Assembly: GCA_965637545.1 (NCBI GenBank)
Contig: OZ281497.1
Location: 21,018,001 to 21,082,000 of the forward strand
Direction: 5' to 3'
DNA length: 64,000 nt
From: Phallusia mammillata
Taxonomy: Eukaryota
Positions 47,701 to 59,300 of this stretch are shown here, in pieces. The notes under the pieces are model-generated. The model saw only the letters and a program-made list of their open reading frames with translations, searched no databases and was not told where the DNA came from. Positions within the stretch are counted from its first letter, which is position 1. Each line of letters opens with the position of its first letter. The position numbers and the translations under genes are program-made.

Positions 47701-48285
47701 TGTCCTGTATTGCCCGTTATCGACTTTCAACAACGTGTCCTTCCGGTAAGGAGAATAGTTTCAAGAATAAACAAATCGAAACACCACAAGAGCCCTTCCT
47801 CATTTCTACAAACTTACTAGAGATCGTGAAATGGTAAAACCAAATTTAAGGCCACCAAAATATTGTTTTTTCAAAAGTTAGGCCACACGTGATCTTGGTC
47901 AAGAGAACATTGAGACTAAATAGAGAACGAGATTACACATAGTGATTGCCAAGGTATCATTCTCCAAGCGATACTTATAACCTGACAGATTACGGTTTGG
48001 ATTAATATAATCCATGTAGTGCAAAACCGCTGTACGACCTTATAAACATGTAAGCCATGTGAGATAAAATTGTGGTTTGAAATTAACCTTGAATTTGTTT
48101 TGCATTCGTTTAAGTGAAGCTTTTCACAGAACTAATTAAAGTAAAATAAGCTTACAATTCAAAAAATTTAAACAAAAATAACTAACTGATCTTTACACTA
48201 TGTTGAAACTATTTGTTCTTTTAGCAATTAATGTAACATGTAAGTTATATGACGTCTCAATCTAGCTGTTTTTTTTAGTGTAACA

Positions 48286-48725
48286 CAGTGGTTCCCAACC
48301 TGGGGTTCGCGGACCCCCAAGGGGTCCGTGAGATGGTTTTAGGGGATCCGTGGAGGGAAATATTTTTAGTATCATTACCCAACAATACAATATTTTCTAG
48401 TTTCTAAACCTTTTTTACAATCCGGCATAGCCTACGAGTGCAAACTGTAACTGACAATATACTTTACAGATCTTTGTTTTACGTTTTGTACAGCAGAAAA
48501 TCTCGATCGAATTAATGACATCTCGATCGAATTAATTGCAACACTAGTACAGAACTTCATTGAAAATTAAGACTGTGAAGATTGATTAAAATGCTGCATC
48601 AAATAGAGAAAGTAATAAATGATGCAAGAAGTGAAATACATAGAAAGACTTAAATTACGTTGGGGGTCCGCAGACCTATGACATTTATAAAAGGGGTCCG
48701 TGACTACAAAGTGGTTGGGAACCAC
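48286..48725. mobile_element. hAT-type MITE
   Basis: TIR CAGTGGTTCCCAACC / GGTTGGGAACCAC with a small deletion at the right junction; flanks GTGTAACA / GTAACA. Confidence 0.75.
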
Positions 48726-50335
48726 GTAACACCACGCAAATCAAGTGTGTCCCCATTTAATTGGAAGTGTGAAGCAGACCGATGCGATCATGACCTATAT
48801 TTCCTGCAACCTGGTAGCTAACGAATCCATGTTCCAGGATTGAATATCCCTAGTTTGGCATATTGAGGACTGTGATTATAAATAGCAACATTACTCTTCA
48901 TGGCCGATATTTTAAAATGATTGTTTATAACTGTCTCTAGCTTTTTTCGAGATCACTAGTACATATAAGTTAATACTCCTTGAAATGTACTAGTAATCCA
49001 CCGAACCTGTTTCAAAAGGTATTTGCCGAAACCGAAAATTAGACTTAAAGGCCCAATAATCCGACAAAATCTGGCCGAACCTAAAACACTCGTCCTTAAA
49101 ATTGTTAAACAAGAATTGTTCTGTTGTTTTCGCAAATAAGTAGTAACCCCGTGAAGTAACGATAAGCCAAAACAAAGATTTAGGTAATACGTAACCTTAC
49201 AAAAAACGATTTTCCAGAAGCGTGAATCGTATTTTGTGATGACAATAACAGTTTTTTACATTACGTTATATTTAAAAATTTAGGCAATGATTTAATAGAA
49301 TAAACATTTCGTTCTCGGACTTCGTACCGCTTTGTGTTTGTAGATTGGCGGGTTTTGAACTCACCAGGACGTGATTGAATAATTTGTGTCAGATTTGCGG
49401 ATTGAAGGGCTTTTTCCTTCCACCCTTGGCAATAGACAACAAAACAAACAACTGTCATCCGTTTCAAGTGCACTTATCCGACAGTGGAAAGATTTTACGT
49501 GGCTCCAGAGTGACAACTACCGGAAATGTATATCTTCCTAAAGAACCGCAATATATGATTTCACATTGACAATTCGGTGTGGCTGGGTTGCATATTTTAA
49601 CGCATCAGGCGCAATAAAAGCAAAATGGCCATTCCGATTTGCACATTACTTGTTTTATGTGTAGCGTGGTCTAAACACAGAACACGAATTCTGGCTTTTT
49701 GTGTCATGTAAAAGGGAAAAAAATTGTATTAAATTTAACGAAACGTAGGTAAAGGTCAACACATAGGAAGCGCAGCTGAATTAACAAAGAAACACAACAC
49801 AGTGATTTCGAGAAAGCATGACAACGAAAAGGTTTTCATTCACCTAAAACACAGACTTTTGAAAATAGTATCATATTTCTAAGTAAAAGTGTATATTTGC
49901 CTTTAGTCTGATCACTATTGGAAAATTTCGGGAAAAAATTATCGTGTGAAGTGACGTGGCAGTCCCAAAGCCTAAAAAAATCTCTTTTGGTTGGGCAGGT
50001 GCGCGTTGTATGCAGGCGATTTAGGGCAGATGATATTTCTTTACTAGCGTTAGGGATGATCAATTGTCTAAAACGTACCTACACAAGAAAACAAACAGGG
50101 ATTTTGTAACAAATACAAAGAGAATACAAAACGTACAAAAACGTATGACCCGAATGCAAAAGGGTAATCAGCCTTCACTTAAACAGGGGGCTGATCGAAA
50201 TACAAAAAAAGTGTTTATCAGACGCCGCATAGAAATGAAAAAAATGATTTAATGCATGAAACGTATAGCCTTATGGCCGAAATCGCAAATGAAAAGTGAT
50301 GCATTGCGCGATGATAACCAAAATGCTTCTTCGTC

Positions 50336-53300
50336 TCATTTCAACGTATGGCTCCAATTAATCGGATTGTATTTGAGTTGTTCCGAGTCTCGTTTATTTT
50401 CCATCTGTTTTTGATGCCTTCGTTCTTTCCAACGCGATTCCATCATCTAACAATAAACGCAGTCAAAACATAAATATAAATGAAAGTATTTTGCTAACAA
50501 TTGTTGACTTGTAATTTTCTGGTAAATTAGTCAGTCAATGACGAACTTGCGGTACAGGGAAGAGTATTCGGCAGAATGTGAAAGGTTCTGACAGTTAATA
50601 AGAAAACAGGGAAAGGGAAAGAAATGCCTTTTAAGTATACTTCCGCTTTTGCTTTAAACTGTTGTATTTTATCCTGGTTTGTGAACACACCAAAATATAC
50701 ACCATGTGGTGACCGCGAAAGCAGTCGCGATTATCTTTTTTATTGCGATAACAACTCTTTGAGTACGTTTTAACGACAGTTGTTCCTAAAAAGTAAACTT
50801 GTATAAAATAACAATCCAATTCCAAAAACCAAACTCAGGGGGATAGAACACGACCACAGGGCACAAAGCGTACCACACACAAGCAGTAAAGTAAGATTTG
50901 AAAGAGTTCTTTTGTAAGGACAATAAATAAACATCCTGTTAAAACTTTACTTGCCGACTTTCGTCATTGCCAATCCACCATTACCTCTTTATTTGCTTTC
51001 GTAAAGGTCACAAGAAAGTTGAAACGGTTTTGTCGCTTTTCGGCGTCTTCCAGACAATCGCGTCGGTCCTTTTCTGACGTCATAATGCTCTCACTTACGG
51101 CTTCTTGCCACTGGTAATTTCGCATTCGCTGTCGATCTTCCATCTGCGTTTTGAGCGTTGAACGAATATTTGACCTTCAAATACATAAAATGTCACCACC
51201 GACCATAAAAGTGAGGTTGACTTATATGGACGAAAACTACCACAACATTCCACAAAGTTCAACGTAGTAATGAAACTGTACTAGAGCTTTTTTACCATTG
51301 GCCGCGGTAAAACTAAGCAGGTTAAAATAAAGAACATTTTGACAAAATCAAATTGTCAAATTTCACATCTTACTTCTGCACGAAATGTTTGAAATAATAT
51401 TAAACAAAAATTAATATGGACAAAAAGTAATGGTTTGGTCGTTTCATTGTACCTGTAACGTTTTCTGTCGCGTGTTCCCCTGTTTTCACGAAAACGTCAC
51501 ACAATGTGGCTCAATAAAAAACGCGGACACCATAAAGGAACGACAATTCGTTTTAATGGTATGGTCAATTCCGGTTTTTCTGCGAATGAAAACGAAAACG
51601 TATAAAGCACAAATCGCACTCGAAACACAACAAGTAAACATACCGACTGTTTGGCCACAGGGGTTTTGGTATTTAATGATGTTTTAAAGGCCGAACAAAT
51701 CCTGCACAAATAACCAAACATTTACAGTTTTAGAACAAAACTTCACATTACAGTACAAAGCCAAACTTACCAGCAAAATGATTCACAAATGCAGCTTTAT
51801 CAACTCAGCAATTTATTTATACTTTCTAGCTGCTAAATAAAGGTATCAAAGTTTAGATTGATGGCTTCAATTCAAATTATGCCTGTCAGCAGTTTACAAA
51901 CGTACACCACGAGGCAAGTTACAAATGATTGCAACATACACAGTACACAGGCAATTGACGTCACGCATTAGAACATTAATTGTCACGCAATGGAACACTA
52001 ACTGTTGCGTCACAGGACAATTGTTATACGTTTTGCTGGGCAAAGTTATGTTCACAACAGTTGGCGAAAACGACGTAACATACCCCCACCCGAATGTATC
52101 TCCAGGGGAGCATACATTCTAAAACACAAAACGTCGTTGAATATACACCGAACAAAACGAACGAAAATGAACATCGCAAACAGTTTACAATTTGCCGGTC
52201 GCGCAATCACCGCGGGAGTCCATCACTAAACACAGTTTGGTGATGGGTCGTCTGACGGAGGTGGCACCGGTTCCTACCAGTGCAGAGCGCACGACACCAT
52301 GCGCATCCGGAAAGGTCGAAATCACTCGGCCGATTCTCCAACGTGCTCGCGGAATGGATTCGTCCACAACCAACACTAGGTCGCCTGCCTCGACGTTCCT
52401 CTGCTTCGAAAACCACTTCTGTCGTTCAATGACAGTGGGTAAGTATTCTCGCACCCAGCGACGCCAAAATTGGTCAGCCAGGTATTGCACTTGTCGCCAA
52501 TGGTGGCGAACGTAACAGTCCTTCTTCACGAACACGCCAGGTGGCATGTTGGGCGACGGACGCAACAAAATTAAATGATTGGGAGTCAGCGGCTCGTCCG
52601 ATTGTGGATCCATCACCACTGGAACAATGGGTCTACTGTTGAGAATGGACTCCGCTTCAACAAGCACCGTTTCAAGGGTGTCGCGGGTCACGCTTTGTGC
52701 CGTCAGCAACGCAGAAAGAACTCTTCTTACAGACCTGATCATTCTTTCCCAGACGCCACCCATATGGCTTGCCGCAGGAGGATTAAAAGACCATTGGATG
52801 TCCTGTTGTCTCAAGAAGTCATCAATGCTCTGTTGATTCCATCTTCCGATAGCCTCTTTTAGCTCACGCACGGCTCCGACAAAATTTGTTCCATTGTCGC
52901 TGCAAATCTTAGTTGGTCTGCCACGTCGTCCGATGAATCTTCGCAGGCAGTTGATAAAAGCACTCGTTGACAAACTGTCAGCTACCTCCAGATGCACTGC
53001 CCTGACCGTCATGCAGGTAAATAGACAGCCGTACACCTTCACTTGGCTTCTTGCTTGGCGCACCATTAGCGGTCCAAAATAATCAACGCCAACGTACGTG
53101 AACGCGGGGCTATGGGAGTTCACACGATCAATCGGCAATCTGGCCATAAGTTGCTCGCCAACGGGCGCATTTCGTTTCCTGCAAAACACACAATTGCCCA
53201 ACACACGGCGTACAGCGGCTCCGCCCTTTATAATCCAAAATTTTTGACGGATTTCAGACCAGGTGTGACTCATTCCTGAGTGACCTACGTCCTTATGAAA

Positions 53301-56300
53301 CTTGACAATCAGTAAGTCGGTGAGGTGATGTCTGCCTGGAAGTATAATAGGATGCTTCGCATCATCCGAAATAGAGGCCAATTCAAGTCTCCCTCCAACG
53401 CGTAGGAGACCGTTGCGTAGGGTGGGGCCAAGCTTGTCAAACGTTCGAGAGTTCTTCGTTTTCTTCCACTGACCATTGCCTTTTCGCAGATTTTCAAGCA
53501 CCTCTGGAAAGGCTTGTTGTTGCACAATTCGAAACAGTGCCAATTCAGCTTCTTGAAGCTCTTGAACCTGAAGGGTTCCCTTCGGAATGGTCGTATTTGT
53601 ATCTGCACACCGTTTCGACAATAAAACGCGCTTATACCGTAACAACCAAGCGGTTGCACGTCGTAGGCGATTCCAATCGGAGTAATGATTGATCAGTTTT
53701 GAGATAGAATCCGTCTCGCAAGCGGTTCCACACGTAAAATTTGCACTGACCTTCTTTGCTTCCATTAAAATATCATCTCTATTTGAAACTTCTTCTTCTT
53801 TAGGCCAAGTAGATTCGTCACCCCAAAGAAACCGTGGACCGGTTAGCCAAACGTTGTTATTCACCATTTTCTTCACAGACAAGCCACGTGAGGCGTCGTC
53901 GGCAGGGTTTAATTTGGATGGAACATGTCGCCACTGCTCACTTCTGCTTCCACTGTCAATCTTTGCCAGTCGGTTTGCTACAAAGGTTTCGAAACGTTTT
54001 GTAGAATTCCTAATGCTCATCAACACCGACATGGAATCTGTCCAGAACGTCGATTCGCAGTCGGGACAGCCCAACTCTCGTCGCAGAAAGCCATCCATTT
54101 TAACCGCTAGCACCGCTGCCGTCAACTCCAAGCGTGGTATGGATACCGTATGTATCGGTGCAAGTCGTGACTTGCCAAGCAAAAAACAACAGTGCACCTG
54201 CGTATTGTGGTTAACAAGGCGCAGATAAGAAACTGCCCCGTAGGCCGAAGACGATGCGTCAGCAAAATGGTGCATTTCCATCTTAACTATCTTTCCAAAG
54301 GAAGGAGGTTTAATGCAGCGTTGAACCCGTACTTGGCTTAACATAGGAAGTCCCTCCATCCAGCTTCTCCAACGATTAGCATCTTCATTTGAAATATCTT
54401 CGTCCCATCCTAACCCTTGACGACAAAGGTCCTGCAAAAGTATTTTGGCACTTACTGTAACAGGAGCAACAAGACCTAAGGGGTCGTACAGCGCACTGAC
54501 GGCAGACAAAATTCCACGGCGCGTCAGCGACTTATTCGGCATCTGCACATCAAATCCAAATTCGTCATTTGGGACGTTCCAAAACACGCCCAAAATTCTT
54601 CCAGCTACGTCCGAATTAAGATCATGATTCTTCGCCATCTTGGACCGTTCGTCAGAAGGAATTGATTGTAAAACTCTATTACTGTTGCTCATCCACTTGG
54701 TTAGGTGGAAGCCACCTCTTTGCAGGAGCTGACCTAAGTCTTTCACCAACATAATTGCTTCGTCCTCGGTCGCCACGCTTGCAAGGCAATCGTCCACGTA
54801 GAAATTTGATTTTAGCGCTGTAGTAGCTGCAGCACTGAACTCGTGGCCAAACTCTTCCGCAGTTTGGAGCAAGCTGAAAGCGGCGCAGCTCGGAGAGGAT
54901 GTTGCGCCAAAAAGATGTACAGTCATCTCGTGGTCTTCCGCTGGCTTGGACAGATCGCCCTTGGGCCACCACAAGAAACGAAGGCTCGCAGTGTCTTCTG
55001 GCCTTACCCGGATTTGATGAAACATGGATTCAATGTCTGACACAACCGCCACGGGTTCCTTTCTGAACCTTGTCAGGACGCCTACTAAGTTGTTCATCAG
55101 ATCTGGGCCACTCATTAGGGCATCGTTTAATGCAACGCCTGCGTGCTTTGCGGCACAATCGAACACGACGCGCACCTTGTCAGGCTTGCGCGGGTGCAAA
55201 ACAGGGTGATGTGGAAGATACCACTCTCGTTTACTTTGGCCGCGATCGTGCGAAGAGATCCTTTTCGCGTATCCCTTTTGGATATAGGTTTCCACAGTGC
55301 CAACGTATCGCTCACGAAGTTTCTCGTCCTTCTTTAGTCTTCGTTCGAGAGAACGGAGTCTTCTTTCTGCCAACACGCGGTTTGGCGGAAGTTGAGTTTG
55401 ATTTCCTTTCCACAGCAAGGGCAACTGATAATGGCCGTCTACATGCAACACGTCCCGTTTCATAATTTCGAGCGCCGATCGGTCTTCACGCGAAATTCTC
55501 TTGTCATCAATTATGGTTAAATCAGAAAAATCGGTTCTCCACAGACAGTCGATCTCTTTGCTCACGTTGTCGTCAAAACTACTTACGTAGTTTAAATCAA
55601 TGCGTGTTCCGCTGGTGGGCACAAACGATGGCCCCAACAAAGACCACCCAAGAGCCGTTTTTACTGCAATGGGTTGTTCGCGGCTGCCGCAGCGCGTCTC
55701 CTGGAAAACCATCAGTTCAGGAGCATCGACGCCAATCATAAGTGTCACTTCTCCACCTTCGATCTGTGGAAACTCTAAACCGCGCAAGTATGACATCCTT
55801 TTCAGTTTAGTCTTTGATGGTAACTTGTTAGTTTTTACCGGAAGCTTATCGATGGCCATTACACTGTTAAGATTAATACTAGGTCCATCATCGAAGGCAG
55901 GAGCAACAGACAGGGAAACTATTTTTGTTGGCATAGTTTGCTCGTGGCCTACAGTTCGAAGCGATACAGTACGAGACTCCCCTTGCAAGTGTAGGGCATC
56001 CACTAGCCGTTGACTACACATAGATTTAGTGGCACCAGAGTCCAAAAATGCATAAGTGAGAAATTCTATGTTGCCATTTCGCGCCCGAACTGGTACGATA
56101 TTCATGTACATATCACCACATATACTGGTATTGCCACATATTGCAGAGGGCTTGGAATCTGACGCCAAGTGAAATGAATTAACTTCACTGGTTACCTTTT
56201 CTTCAGGAGCAGAACTGCGGTTGGCTTCTGCTCTAGAAACCTCCCGATGTAGCAGCGTATGATGAGAGTTGGAATCACAACCGGAGATCTTGCACGGATC

Positions 56301-59300
56301 CTCCTCCTTGCAATCTCTTGCATTATGTCCTTTCTGCAAACACTTAAAGCACAGTCTTTGCCTTCGTGCAAATTCGTATCGTTGGTAGACAGGCTTCTTT
56401 TCAAACGAATTGCAAGTGGTCAAATCATGGAGCCCTGTACAAAACAAACAGCGAGCCTGCGGGGCTTCAGTTCCCGGCAGCTCAGACGACACGACGTACG
56501 TCGCAGCCCTATTTTTTCTTTGACCACTAGGCGTCTCCCGTACGGGGTGATGGGCCCGTCTAAACGACGAACTTGCCACGGCAGCTTGATTATCGACAAA
56601 TTCGGTGAGGTCGTCGAAATTAGGTTCTCGATCGTATGTTTTAATTATACGGGCGACCTCTTTGTCCCATTGCTCTTGCATGTCACTGGACAAACGACGC
56701 ACAATCGCCAACAAATTTTGAAATGTGTCCAAACCTGCGTTGCCTTCGATTTGGGATAGTACCACTTGACATGTCTTCATCAACCTCGCGAATTTCTGCA
56801 TGCTATGGACGTCTTCCGAGCGAAGTTTCGGTCCGTACTGTAGTTGGTTTAAGCAGGTGCGCGCAATGATGTGATCCTTGCCATAATTTTCCTTTAGCAG
56901 TTTTAGGGCCTCGGCGTATCCTCCTTCTCCACTGAGCATGGAACAATGCTTAATCAAATCGTTAGCATCACCGACACAAAATTGCTGCAAGTAACTGAGG
57001 CGCACGTCGTCGTCAGAAACATGTTCAGCAATATGGCATTTAAAGCTACGAATAAAGGCATGGTACTCCATAGGATCACCGGCAAACTTTGATATCTGTG
57101 GGGGTGGCAGTCTAGAATCTTTCTTAACAGGTCGCTGATTACTAGTCGACGGTTGGGGCTCCGGCAAAGCACATACTGGCAGATCAGACACAGACAATTC
57201 GCGGACTTCGCCAACGACACTACTGGTGTTTGCACAATTACAACGGCATTTAGGCTCGAACGGAGTGGCTTCGGGCTTCAAAACTAGTTTTCTGGGTTTA
57301 ATAGGTGACGGAACAGACTTACTTGGTTCGTTGGACTTTGTAATCAAGGTCTGTGTAACTGCCGTACCTAATCCTTCCAATGGAACAGATAGGGGTACTT
57401 CAACGGGGTCTTCCTCGTAGGAGTTTACTTCCAGCTCCGCCATGTGGAGTGCGTGTTTGAAACGGATTGCCTTTTCCATCTCATCCAATTTTCGTCGTCT
57501 ATCCTTTTCTTCGCGCGAACAAAGTTCTTCTTCTTCGCGGCGCTGACGCTCTTCTTCGCGGTGCCGACTTTCTTCTTCACGTTCAACACGTTCCCTCTCC
57601 CTTTGGATAGACTGTAACTCATAATTCTGCTGTATTCGCATACGTAAACTTTGCAATTTTAATTTAGATCTCCGCTTCATTTCTAAGATAGCCGAACTAG
57701 ATAATGTGCGCACGCTACTTATCACCGAACCATCCACTGAGGGTGGGCGTTGCGCTACATTCTCCAGCGGATTCGATGTAGAGGGTTCGCCATCGCGGAA
57801 GGAGTGAACACTCGCTTCGACCCATTCTTCCGTGCGTTGGTTCACGTCGTCTAAATCGAATTCGGGATCGTCTGCTGCCATCTTCGTCGTGATTGCGTTG
57901 GTACTAGACAATTGACAGTCGGCCAGTCGAAAAACTTTTATGTAACGTTTTCTGTCGCGTGTTCCCCTGTTTTCACGAAAACGTCACACAATGTGGCTCA
58001 ATAAAAAACGCGGACACCATAAAGGAACGACAATTCGTTTTAATGGTATGGTCAATTCCGGTTTTTCTGCGAATGAAAACGAAAACGTATAAAGCACAAA
58101 TCGCACTCGAAACACAACAAGTAAACATACCGACTGTTTGGCCACAGGGGTTTTGGTATTTAATGATGTTTTAAAGGCCGAACAAATCCTGCACAAATAA
58201 CCAAACATTTACAGTTTTAGAACAAAACTTCACATTACAGTACAAAGCCAAACTTACCAGCAAAATGATTCACAAATGCAGCTTTATCAACTCAGCAATT
58301 TATTTATACTTTCTAGCTGCTAAATAAAGGTATCAAAGTTTAGATTGATGGCTTCAATTCAAATTATGCCTGTCAGCAGTTTACAAACGTACACCACGAG
58401 GCAAGTTACAAATGATTGCAACATACACAGTACACAGGCAATTGACGTCACGCATTAGAACATTAATTGTCACGCAATGGAACACTAACTGTTGCGTCAC
58501 AGGACAATTGTTATACGTTTTGCTGGGCAAAGTTATGTTCACAACAGTTGGCGAAAACGACGTAACAGTACCTGTAATTTTCTTTAACAGCCGCAGTGCC
58601 GTACACCGGTTTCTGCCACTCCCCGTGTTCTCGCATCCACTTCTGCTGCTGCATCAGTAAACATCTTCTTTGCATGTGAAACTGCGACTCTCCCGTCTCC
58701 ATGAACACTGTCCTTCGTGGCACGGTGGGTGGATGTAACACATTGATTCTGGTGAACAAAGAGACTAATAAAATAAGTATAAAACGGCTGCACACGTGTT
58801 GATTCAAGTTTGTTGTACTTGATGAAAGACAACATAAGACACAATAGCGCTAAAAAGTCAAAGAAAATTTCTTCGCAACGTTGCAACGTTATGTACGCTG
58901 CAGCTACACCGTTATATGTACCGCAATGGGTCGAGTGTGCTGATTGTGTTAGCGTATTATCATGGCGAGTAATAAGCTCAACATACAGATGGATATTTTT
59001 CTCAGTTTCCAAAACCAAACAACATCATTTAAAACAAACTGGTCAGTTTCCGTTAGAAACAATTTTTTCTCAAATGTATTGGTTTGTCTGTTTCTTGCTA
59101 AAGTTAAAAATCATTTGCTTTATAAAACGTATTTAAAATAACAACATTAAAACTGTTAAAATGCTTTCATCCGATCCACAGTGTAGACACAGTGGCTCGC
59201 TTCGTTAGGCGGTATAAACTCCCCTTAAGCGGCAAATCTGCACAAAGCGATTTCTCGAGACAATCAAGCGACGCGTGTTGGGTAAACAAAAATAAAACGC

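Larger units (their letters stand above)
51454..58567 (-). mobile_element. Full-length BEL/Pao LTR retrotransposon (BEL-2), 7114 bp
   Basis: 627-bp LTRs 57941-58567 (5') and 51454-52080 (3'); TSD GTACC (51449-51453, 58568-58572); PPT GGGTGGGGGTA at 52091-52081; one uninterrupted ORF. Confidence 0.97.

Noticed and set aside
51097-51174. Alternate frame VKYSFNAQNADGRSTANAKLPV resembling an Ig-domain F-G strand
   Set aside because: It lacks the Cys, and a different frame joins cleanly with neighbouring exons into the coiled-coil protein.
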